From contig KZ538762.1 in NCBI GenBank assembly GCA_000934665.2, positions 1 to 49,106 on the forward strand: DNA of 49,106 nucleotides, given 5' to 3'. The notes below the pieces were generated by a model. That model did not search any database. It was not told where the DNA came from and worked only from the letters and a program-made list of their open reading frames with translations. This DNA comes from Catajapyx aquilonaris. Taxonomy: Eukaryota. The position numbers and the translations under genes are program-made. Below are positions 37,501-49,106 of this stretch, piece after piece; the stretch's first letter is position 1; the number at the start of each line of letters is the position of its first letter.

Positions 37501-40205
37501 TAGCAGGGAGCCAGGTGTCTATAGGCTAAAGAATAATGATTTTTGTTTGCAGCTGTATGTCACACTACCAACACTTAAAGCGATACAGCTTTGCAGTGAT
37601 GTATATAGGAATGGTCCTAATACGCACATGAAAGCTCCAGGCGTGTTGGCACAGTCTTGAACTACTACACGAACGTTCCCTAAGGAAAAAGACGTGAGGA
37701 GGTAAGCCTCAACGTTGTATTTCCCCAGTGCATTTCTGCCGGATGCCATTGTTCCGCCCCAGGGTCCCCAAAGAGCCCCAAATATGTGTAGACGCATGCA
37801 CGCATGCAGAATTTTCGATGGCATACGTCCTTCGGGACATGTACAGCACATTTCCACGATTCGGAGACTGGTAAAGCGACCTTGCATCATGTAAGATAAA
37901 ACCCAGAGATATAAAACGCACACCCATCAGAATATAACAAAAGCTAACTCTCCTTGCATTTGCCAGATCGCATCAAACGGCTTCATTATATCCTCCAGTT
38001 CTTCTAGTTGTACAGTAGTGCAGAGAGAATCTGGTTGTACAGTGCTACACAAAGGTATACTGTACGACATACTCAGCAGCTGGACTCCATTGAAACACGC
38101 TGGAGTGCTGGAAACAAAAGTCTTCCACAACATGGACGCAAATATTTCGTCCAACTTATACTCCTGCCTGTGCAGGTAATCAACCGCATGAAAGACCACA
38201 TTGTATAGCTGTTACTTAAATCTCGGCTGCATTAAATTAACACCGAGTCTGCAGATAGTGAATGTAATCAACAGCTGTTTCGCATTGAGTGTCACAAGCA
38301 CAGCGTTTTTCCCCCGGTCGCGACGTTTCTTTGTGCACTGATAAAACATTGCAACAAAAAAAGCCCCGATTGTACGACGTCAACAAGATAGCAATTACCG
38401 CTTCGCAACCGCAAAAAAAAAAGAGAAACCAGTTTTACCAGCTTACACTCCAGTTAATGCAGCCAACGTCCAGGACTAACACCTGACCTTCCCTCTATAC
38501 CTCCCTTCCCCGAGGATCCGAATTGGAAAAGAGCATTTTCTGATCCTGCAAAAAAAAGGAGAGGGGGCCATGGAGGATCTCCCTCCCTCTTCAGGAAAAA
38601 AGCCGTGGCTTCGATCTATCAAGAGAGGATAACCGTTCTTTTCTTGGCATTGGGTGCCGATGAAGAAAACTGCACGTATCCCCCCCTCCAAGTCCTTCCC
38701 CACAAAAATTCTTTTTTCCTCGCATCCAATCCAGCGTTCGATACTTTCCCCCCCCCCCCNTACATAGCTTTGGACCCCCAGCATGCACCATTCTTCCCCA
38801 TCCCTATTGACAGGCTTTTCCCCCCGATTTACGATCAAGGGGAGATCCGGATAGACTGGAGAGAGAGAGAAAAAAAAGGCGTATATATAGTTGCACATGC
38901 AGGAAATATTGTTTTCAATAAATTGATGGTTTTTACGCAGTTGAAAAGCACAGTAAGGGCTCCCCAAGTTCACTCGTGATGACGAACGCCTTTTTGTTGT
39001 TGTCATAAAAATCAAGGTCAAGTTCGAGAAATGCGCTGAGGTCAGCTAAACCATCGATGTTGTGACACAGGCAAGCAAATGCGTTCGTACACCTTGTGGC
39101 TGTCACACTCATAAAAGTGGGGCACTTGCCGCATCATCGGCCTACTTTTAAATAAGTTCCAAGTGCTGAGGGATAATTATTTCAATTACCCACTGCACCA
39201 TCCTGTCCTTGCTGCAAATTCGATAACAACGACAAAAATATAGGCCTTTGTTGCCAAGAATGAAAGGATGTGAGTCATGTTCTTTGGGGCGAGCAGAGTG
39301 GTTGGTAAATAACGACCTATCAGGTTTTTTTTGGGAGGTGGGTGGGTGGGATGGTTGGGGAAGCTCCCTGATCATGTACTTGGGTGCGTGTCCAGCGCTG
39401 CAAGACGGGGGATGATCAAAAACTTGCCAGACAAGCCCTCAATTTAGGACTTCGTGCGGTTTTATGTTGGGGGATTGGAGGGGGAGGGGGGGGGGGGGTC
39501 CAAGCCTAATTCCATTAGTTGTGCAGTCATTACCGCCTATTCCGACTAATGAAAATCAGGCGCTGGCTTGCGAGGGCAACGGGTAGTGCGTCAGCAAATT
39601 GCAATCGGGCAGTCATTTTAATAGCACATGAGGAAAGTTGGCTTATTAAAGCTGCATGGACAAGGTGATCTCTTACGTAATTTGCTTCACATCCAGCTGA
39701 GTAGAAAGCGTCGCATATTAACCACGCAATGTGCACTATTATACTAATAGCTACCCAGGAGGAATACATGTTTAGCTTCGCGGGGTAGGGCTTATCGCCT
39801 AGGTGCTTTTGATGGACGTCGAGTTGCTTTTGTGGTACATGCGTCATGCGTGTGGAGATGTAAATATTGAGAGAAAAACCGCCCCAAGAAAAACACGTGT
39901 ACAAAATTACAACACGTGTGCATGTGCGTGAGTAATGTTTCTAATTTATTACACAATGGCAAGAAATATGCGCCTGATCGCATGGCATCCTGCATCCTTC
40001 GCCTTGGTGCACTTCACACGACGTGGTAATCATGTGACAAGAGAATGTCAAGAGACAGTCACGGTACACGCCAGGAGTACCAACATGATCTTAATTATTC
40101 GTCGCCTGACTCGGTTAACCTTGGAAAAATCCTATACTGTTGGCAGGCCCACAGACAAGAGTTACATTGTACACCTTGTCACAGATAAGTCTTACAATGT
40201 ATGAA

Positions 40206-41628
40206 TGACGTCAGTCATCTCGAGATGAAACACTTTCATCACTGCCCTCGTTATATGTCCCTTTGTCACGAAACACGCCAAAATAAGTCGCAGAAACCGT
40301 TCGCACATACTCGGCATCATTAGAACTGGCCAAGCCCCTCTGTCGAAAACAAACCCATCACCCCCAAAGATCCCCCGGACACTTCATCCCTCGCCAGTCC
40401 TGTGGCAGCATCGATCCTCCTCCCATCTACCTTCTAATAAAAGGGCCAAATAATGACTTCCTCCAACCCCCTCCCCCTGTGCCACGGCCTGTCACAACCC
40501 CCGGAACATCCCCTCGCGTGACGTCACCCGAGCGCCCTGGTGCTCCTGACACGTCCCGGGGCTTTGCTTTTTGACATAATTTTGATCATGGGCGAATTAT
40601 AGGCAAGCTGTGTCCGAGTGAATCAGAGTCGTCGAGCCCAGGCCAGGCAAGGCAGGCAGATAGTCCTCCTCTCTTCCCACGTCTGCTTTGATCTGGTCGT
40701 GTGGCGGGCGTTCACCCCTGGCAAAACCTCACCCCTCTTCCCCCATCAGCATCGTCCTTCTCCACTCCCCCAGGTGTGGTCTCGCTTCGTGTCATCTCCA
40801 TACACACACACATCCACCCCCCAAAAACTTCATCCTCGTCCACCAAAAACAAGCGCAAAACCAGGGCGACACGTGTATATCACCGCCCTTATCTGGGGCA
40901 CCAATGCATTAACCCTCTTGTTTCAAAAGATTCGGCCAAGGTTCATCCACCTTAAGCTCCCGCAAGGTTCCGTATTGAATTCCTAACCCGGCATTTCCTG
41001 GCCCCTGTTGACACGCGGCTGACTTTCCATAATGTACGCAGTTCTATCTACAATGAGGGGGGGATCTATTTATAAGGATGGGTCAGTTGCATAGGGAATC
41101 GGCCAAGTTCCTTGAACTGAAGGGGAATTGGGATATTGAACCTCGAGCCCACGAAATCATCTCCAGTCAAGGCCACAGGTGCCCACCTGTCTGGTCTTTT
41201 TCCCTCCCATGTATATACCGTAGCTGCCCGCTACCTCTGCCCACCCCCATCCATCCGCCCCCTGACAAAGGCCCCCACTGTTTTATCTGCGGCCAGCTTT
41301 CTAATGGAGTTTCCATGCGGCACTAGAATTGCGTCCCCCCCAAAGTCCAACACAGTTCCAGGTCTTCCGCTAATCCATACGGCGCTTTGTGACGGATCAC
41401 ACCTAATTAGCCGAACGGTAATTAGGAAGCACTGCTGCTCTACTAGGTTTGTCGCAAAAAAAAAAGGGTACACCCAGGCTCTCTTCTTCGGCAATGGAAG
41501 CACACACCAAAAAAAGGGCCCCAAAAGTGTCAGCCTTATAAAAGCCAGAAGCACAGTGTTAAGCGAATGAGCCAGTTACACGTGGTGGTGAAACTTCTCG
41601 GACCTTACATATGGGCCACATGACGTCA
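40206..41628. promoter_or_regulatory. Cluster of three full CRE palindromes (TGACGTCA)
   Basis: TGACGTCA at 40206, 40519 and 41621, with a fourth at 30121. Motif match only. Confidence 0.3.
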
Positions 41629-44600
41629 CGTAATGGTCCTGACCTACCATTTTGGCGCGAGAACGAGTTTTCTCCTCACGTCATCTGTGCATTCATCCGT
41701 CAACTGTACAATTTTATGACTGTGCACAGCAGTGCACAGTGTCCATCGCAATTACTCAGTTTCAAAAAGAACAGGCTCTCAGTTGCCTAGTTATCCCAAG
41801 CGAGAAACTTTGAACTGAAATCATACTCTATCTTTCCAGCTTTGCAAACACACACACACCACTTTTCATCTATTTTCTTCTCGGAAAGAGGATGAAACTA
41901 TTTTGGATTGTATACCGTAATTAGGACAAGTCCACCCGCAGGAGCAACTATACAGCTTTGAAAATAACCTGCGGGAAAATCCGGAAAACCCAGTCGCGTA
42001 CCTATGCATAATGAAACCTACATTCGTATGCCTACTGTTGAGTGCACATTTCTTCTTCCAGAAATTTCAAGGTAATTTGGTTCTGGTAACACAAATTGAT
42101 TATTTAGCCTGATATAAGACTGCGTATAATAATTGAGCTATACGTTGAGGTTTAGCCAAGAGATCGAAATCATCAGACGGGCCATATTACACCTACGCAG
42201 ATCATCATGAACGCTTCCTACGCCATTATGGCTCATATGAGCTGAGCATATCCCGAGTCTACACCAATACACGCTGGTTTTCACGATGGGGTCGGCGATC
42301 ACCAGCGAGAAAGTACTCTCATAGTCTCATTACCACCGGCAAAGCATGCTACTTGGGCTACTTTCTGAGCTAATTAGGAAGGAAAAACACACCTACTTCG
42401 CATTTAAAGCTTCAAAGAAAATCCTCCTATCTATATACACCAACAACATACTCCTGAGCCTACTTTAAGTATACAGTATATAGGTAAAGGATGCAATTAA
42501 GGGGTGGTTGCCCTTCGGAACAAAAGACGGCCTATGATATCATATGACTCAGCTAACGAAGGCTGATCCCTGCAAGCCGCACATCACCCAACTCATCCAA
42601 ATGCTTCTGAAGAACACCCGTAGGCGAACGTCCTCAGGATGTCATGCAGGCAAAGAAACACCCACACGCCCATCTGGGGGTCACTCCCCACAAATTTCCC
42701 TGGAAAACCCCCGCCTGAAAACCGTGGAAACCGCCTACCAACCCCGATCTAAAAATGCATGAGTTTGAGTGCATACCACCCGATACCGTTGAGAACCTAA
42801 GGCTCGAGTGACGATAATGCGTTTAGTAGGCCAAGAGCTGTGGCAACTGGCTGTCGAGTGAAACGACAAAAGAGGAAGTCCGTCCGCACCGAGGGAAATC
42901 TCAGGGCTCCTCTTTTGTGCGCAATAAGTATTGGCGTGCCCGTGACCACTCGGTGAAAGTCACACAAAAGGCACCCTTCACAAAATGAAACGAGCTAGAA
43001 AGCCACTGGGTAACGAGCTCCCGGTGTGATGGCAATATTAGCTAACTCTCACACACAAAAATTTCTCCCCCTCCCCACAAAACTTGCGCAACAATTCCCT
43101 GCCAATATATGGGTCACAATGTGCAACACGTCACCACCATAATTAGTGCTCTTCAGCGGTTTATCCGTGACTCAGCACACACGGTGCCCCCTTTATCGTG
43201 ATCCCCTCCACTTCAACAACATGGCTCCGAAACCTTATATCGGGGTGCGCAGAACCGACAATCCATAAATTCCCTAGAAAATGCCTTCCGCCGGGTGTAT
43301 GAACTTTGCCGCGGACGTCGACATTAGATCGGGAGCTAAGTTATAACCCGACTCATTCTTCAGCACACAACATGACGAAATGCTCGTCACCTCCGCCATT
43401 ATACTTCAGGTGCACAAACGGGACGTGACGTTGAGCACTTATGCTCCTGCACCGCTCAAAAATAAACCTTGTCACCGCAGCATGCGGATGAATTACGCAA
43501 GTGTTGAATAATCGTCCAAAAAGGTACGGCATGGCAACCCAGCGCATTTCGTCCGCCTCATCAACATTCAGAGTCGTGGTATCTTGTCCAGACCAGTGTC
43601 ATCGCCATAAAACTGCGAGGGACCTGTACACAGGTGTGCACAACATTTATCCGGGGGCCCTTCCCAGCGACGTAACCCAGCTAGAAAAACCGACAGACAC
43701 ACACACAGCAGATCGAAATAACCTTCTCCGCTTCAACGTCCATGCCCTTGACGGCGGTGGTCCTTGAGCCCTATAGCTATTATCACCCCTGCAGCCGACT
43801 GTGTGTCTTTCCCTATCGCATCGTGTTTACTTTTTATGCTGCGACGTTCGCACAATGTCCAACTTGTGTCCAACAATCCAGACATATGCATCGGACACAA
43901 CATCACACCATATACGCATCATCTTCAACCAAAAAGCTGGTTATACAATCGTCCAGCCACGTTTCCTGCAATGTATCCCGGAACCTCCAGCACGCGTGAT
44001 GGCTTGCCCTTGAAAATAACGTGCTCAATAATCACTGGCATCAGGATGACGTGCGAGGGGGTATCACTGCTGCCTCTACGTACAACGCAACAATGGCGCA
44101 AAAAAAAAACTGCGCTGTTATAGTTAAAAACTTATCACCACGCGACACATTTTAAGCCCATGATTTCCGCAAGACCCAGCAGTTTCATCACTAGCCAATT
44201 TCGCATTTCATGGCCAATTTAAACGCGTTCCAGGGGCCGTTGTCCACCCAACCGACGTTGCCTGCATTTCCGCCAAACTGGCAACACCGCCAATACTGTA
44301 CGCACGATAATTCCAGATATTTCATGGCACTAATATCGTGCCTTTTTTAAAAAAATAAAAAAAAATCTTCCTATTCTAAGCAAGCTTGCACAGTCGCGCA
44401 GATTAGCACCAACCAGACTCGGTACATCAGTATACACACCAGGCGTGCAGGGTTTATTAGTATTTACAAGAGCCTGGTGCCAAGGTAATTAAACCTCCCC
44501 CCGAGTTCCTTGCAACACCACCCCACGGCAATGAACCGAATTCCTTAAACCACGTCTTAAGCCAAACATGAGACCTGAAATCGCATAAAACGTGCGTGAG

Positions 44601-47600
44601 CAATTTGGCGGAATAATTTTTCACACCCCCCCCCCAAGCACCGAGCTTCCTGGCATCCAATAAGCGACCGTTGCATTACACGTCCAAGAATGGGTAAGGT
44701 CAAGGAAAAGAAAGTGCTTATCTTTTGACCCAATTACCGCCGCAAGGTTTAAATCGTCCCCCTGCCATCCCTCCCCCGCCTTTTCAAGTGAGACCGCGTT
44801 TTACCCTTGTCATTACATTATGCAGTATCCATGACCTTGGCAGTGCAGCCCAGTCAATACTGGGAAAGAGCATTTGATCGGGAACAAACCCAGGCAGCCA
44901 GGTCACACTTTCCTGCGGTTGACACTAACTAGGATCCCGCCTGTATTTACCCTTTAAAAGGCAGCGAAATGATGGCTCCTAAAATCCCACTGGCCCAATT
45001 TGCAAATTTCTGCAAGAATGGAGCCAGTTCTTTTGAGCGCGGGTGCAAAATCGAAGCTAAGGGAGCCGTTTTCGCCGCCGGGAATTTGCGGGATTGGATG
45101 TTGACACACACACAAAAAAGTTTCATACACAAAAAAAAAAAATGTCGGCAATATAGCAATTTCGCTAATCGGTTCGCAGGAAGTTGGGAGAGAAAGATGG
45201 GTTAATCAGCAGCCTCCAACTTTTCACTTCTAATTTTGCACAAAAAAATAGGTACAAATTTTCTTTGTGATTGCAATTCAGCAGCTGGAGTACACACGTC
45301 ATGAGTTACGCACTCGCCGACTTTTTTGCCAGCCTGTACCGAGTGGGTATGCTGGCCTTCCACCAGCATGAGTTCGTACCGGGGCATTATTTCGAGTAGT
45401 TGCATTATTACGTAAGCCTTTCCTGACATTTACAAACACCGGTTGCATAATAAAACATCAGTTACATCCTGGGCCCTTCATGTAATCGAATCAGATGATA
45501 GCGCACATCCATGTGCCAAAAATACTACTGCAGCAAGGTAGATACGCCGAGATATAATACACAATGAGCACACCGCATTACCAGTATAGATTAGCAATTT
45601 TCCCATAATTACGTCATAATTCACCCTCATTCATCGGAAATCTCCTGCTGAATTACTTGTTTGCCCAAATCAATCATCATCCCACCTAAAATATTCCATC
45701 CAACATGCCATGCGCTTAATCAATGAGGGGAGGCGTGGGGAGAGGTAGAGGGGGATGAGAGGGGATATTCAAGTACAGGGTGATCCGGAAATACCATCCG
45801 CAGAGTACAGCCTGGCACTTCCTATATAACGTACTACTTACAGCATGCAGCATTTTAGTCTAAATTACATGTGAAAGTAACCAGATGCCGGATAGCTCAG
45901 CCGCGCGAAATTCTAGAAACCGATTCCGCTAAGCCCTCGTTTTCACCGAATAGCCATTAATGAAAAGGCACATTCTTCCATCACGCCCAGCGCCGTTACC
46001 CAAACGCTCAATCAAGATCACCGTGCTACCTCCCAGGTATCGCAATTTTAAAAAAATGCAACTCCCATCTTCAAATTTTCCAAGGGAGCCGTAATGAGCA
46101 CGCCATTCCGCGCCGAAGATGACGCGGAAGAAAAAAAAAATCCTCCGCAAGTCCATACACGGTCGATGGTCCTTGAGGCATGAAGGTCTCGCCAAAAAAT
46201 TGATTCCAACACTCCCCCCAAAAAAATATGCGGAGGAAACCGAAACCAAACATCCCCAGCTTCCGGAAGCATGACAAGTCGCCGTCAAATTTTTTTAAAA
46301 ATTAAATTAAATGCTGTCCATCTCGTCTCTGCACCTCTTCCCTGAGTGTGTGTATCTCCCTGGCCCTGGGGCCAACAGCTGTGGCGCTGTAACAATATAA
46401 TGGGCTCCAGCTTTTGCTCGATATCGCCCCTGCATTCAGCTGACTGCTCCCTCCGGTGCGGCCCCGAACACCAGCCGTTGCCAAGGTTACTACCGGGGGA
46501 AGGAGGAGGGTTTTGCAGTGGGGGTGGTGGTGGAGGCCTGCAAAAATCGTGGTGCAGCAAGCAACACTGCACATTTTAACCCCCCCACATCCACTAAACC
46601 CACCAGCGTTACACAATGTCGACAACCTCCCCCCCTCAAGCTTGTCATGCCATGTGAAAATTTTACAGGTCGTGGGAACCTGGCAACACCGACCGCCAAG
46701 TTCCATTTCTTCTGGTGTGTACAGGTGGAGAGAAAAGAAGGTAGTTTAAAAAAAAAACGCATCCTTCGTCTCTCCCCCTGCCTCTTGTTGCAGGGTAGGT
46801 CGGAAAAGTTACCACCCCCATTCCTCCTATCTCCCCCATCAGCCTTCCCCCCTCTTCCCAAAGCTTTCTACCTCAACTTGCCAGATTGCAAACCCCTCTG
46901 GCAGCATCCAGTAATCGAATATCGGGTTAGCTCATTGGTTTCTCCTTCCCCCCTTCTCGGAAAAAAAACGTGCAATCCGATGACGTGTAAGCAACCCACG
47001 AATAATAATTATGAAAAAAAATCATGCAAACCATGTCCAACACCCATGTGTCTAATTATATCGCAAAAATATATTGGCAACATTGCGTTCAAACACGAGC
47101 GGTCGCAGTCAATTGCTGATCCCCCCCTCCCAACATTATTAAATGGGGTCGAACCGTTGCGTTGTGACCGAAATTATGATCACGCTTAGACGGGTGCATC
47201 GTGGTCTTTCGACGTAATTGCGCAACTCCCCCCTCCCCCCCCCCCTCCCAACTTCCAATTTGGACGTGCTAAATTGCTGCTCTGGAAATTCCGACCGCAA
47301 AAAAAAGGGTCGATACATCCGTCGCCGATTGTGTGCTTCCATAACGTAAATAACTCATCGCATGCAGCGCGATGCTGGCGTAGTTGCAAATAAAGAGCCG
47401 ACAAGGGCCAGCTAGAACACACATATACACACTTTTTTAAAAAAGCGGCGCAAACGTTGCGGAACAAGCCAGTTAATTTTTCCGAGGGACAGTAGAAAGA
47501 GAAAGGGATTGCATAGCCTTTATTTTTTTCCTCAGCCGGAATCCCGAGATGGAAAAGCTGGGGTGTGCCAGGTGTAGCTAACTACATCGCAGCCAGCTGA

Positions 47601-49106
47601 CCTTGCATTATGCACATACACAGTTGAAAAAGAAGGCCACCTAGGCGTTGTATTAATAGTAGTCACGCAGGGAGCTTCCAATCAGTTTTTTTTATTCTAA
47701 AAACAACAAGCAATTAAAACAACAACTTGCAAAACCATGTTGACATATGTAGAGCAAGAGGTGGCTTTTGATGGCGAGGCATGCCAAATATTTAGTACGG
47801 GTGGGCGATGCCGTTAATGATTTTCTCTCTTGTCATGATAGTCGCCACTATATACTTTCCCCTGACTTTACTGCCCACCTCTCCTGGGCCATTAGGAGAA
47901 GTCCCAGATCAGTATAGAAGCGTAAATTGTCACCTCGGAGAGAGGAAAAAATGTGCTGCGATAGAGAAGAAGAAAAAAACGTGACTTTCCCTAGCACAAT
48001 TTCTACCTTGACGGATTCTCCGCAGTGGAAGTGTCCATCAGTGCGTAAATCCAGATTAACCTCCCAAAGAAAATGTGACAACGTGGTACCTGCCGTTCCC
48101 AAACGCAGGGAAAAAAATCACATCGCCTTGAATGTAACTTTTCCCAAGTTCCCAGATTAATTCCAACCCCCCTCCCCCCCCCCAAAAAAAAAAAGTTTTC
48201 ACAAAAAATCGGGACTAAAGTTTGAGTGTCCTCGCCCCCCCCCCCCTCCCCCAGTGTATAAGCTANCCCCCCTTGCCTTTGTGTACGAGAAGTGTTCGCC
48301 CTAGCAATTTGCCTTGCCAAAAAATTCGGGGCGTTGGCCTTAACGGGTTTATGCAAGGAAGCGGGCACTTAATTTTCGCTAATATGTGGCTTCTTCTTGG
48401 GAATTGCGCAAACGAATACTGAAAAACGTGCCTCGACTTTTTCTCCAGAGCCACAAGCCAGGAGCTGTGAAACTAGTCCAATTGCTGCCGTACACTCCAC
48501 ATACCCATATGAAAAAAAAGAAGAAGCAAACCTAAGCACAAATCATTACGGTCAGTTGACTCTATACAAAAAGCAGCTGGTATCACGTACTCGTGTGATT
48601 TTCGCGCTCGCGAATACACGAATTTCTGGAATATTTAACGCGTGTATTTCACAGCCGGACTGACATAACTTTCCCCATCATGACATCCACCACTGTTCTT
48701 ACATAATTCACAGGAGAGGGGGAAAGAGAAGGAAAAAAAAGAACAACAAAAAGTCCAGCTGACACGTCCAGCACTTTCACGCTGCATGTTGAATACTGCA
48801 CACCCTCTTTATTCCGTGCGTTTGGGTGAGAAATCCACGATTTCACCCCTGCACCGTGTCAAGCTCACCCCAACCATGGACACTGATAATGGCCTGCTCG
48901 TTACCCCAATATAGAGCTGAAATAAAACTGATCCAATGTGGGGTGAACACATATGAGAGAAAGGAGGAACCCCCCCTATATCTGCCCCCTTCTCAATTTT
49001 TTTCTTCTTTTTTTTTAGTGGGTCAACGAAATTTTCGCTTGGCGTCAGGCACCGCATAGAGTGGATCCAGCCCAGTTCACACGGCGTTCAGAGCTAAGCC
49101 CCCCCC

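Larger units (their letters stand above)
24404..49106 (-). other. Probable UBE2H first intron (more than 24.7 kb; exon 1 outside the window)
   Basis: No KRRMDTDV-coding sequence found by eye on the minus strand and no recognisable protein among the ORFs. Long A runs and C runs dominate the + strand, giving a T/G-rich minus strand as expected for the sense strand of an intron. Confidence 0.65.

Noticed and set aside
37927..38199. Possible transposase fragment (CTTRFS resembles the hAT TRW.S motif)
   Set aside because: A single weak motif with no supporting flanking motifs or terminal repeats.
26132..41586. Scattered CACGTG E-boxes, including a pair near 39894-39918
   Set aside because: The count is only modestly above chance for a 6-mer in CpG-rich DNA.

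Overview
Eukaryotic, intron-containing DNA from a protostome animal, most likely an arthropod (inferred from the ionotropic receptor and the UBE2H/FReD sequence style). From left to right the window holds: a possible first exon of an unknown minus-strand gene at the edge; an intact, intronless divergent ionotropic (chemosensory) receptor (1871-3694 +); an internally deleted Ty3/Gypsy (Mag-like) gag-protease remnant (~4640-5462 -); a rearranged fibrinogen-related-domain (FReD) lectin pseudogene (5576-9933); and four coding exons of the ubiquitin-conjugating enzyme UBE2H on the minus strand (24403 down to 16726). A 5'-truncated LINE sits in the last UBE2H intron. The first UBE2H coding exon was not found, so the right-hand ~24.7 kb is probably one CpG-rich first intron, sharply distinct from the CpG-depleted downstream gene body. 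The best candidate for something undescribed is the FReD locus. A 1.23 kb inverted repeat around a 1.9 kb spacer places FReD exons sense and antisense, so it could produce a hairpin RNA against FReD paralogs. This is a hypothesis, not shown by the sequence. No tRNA, rRNA or CRISPR array was seen. All counts are by eye.
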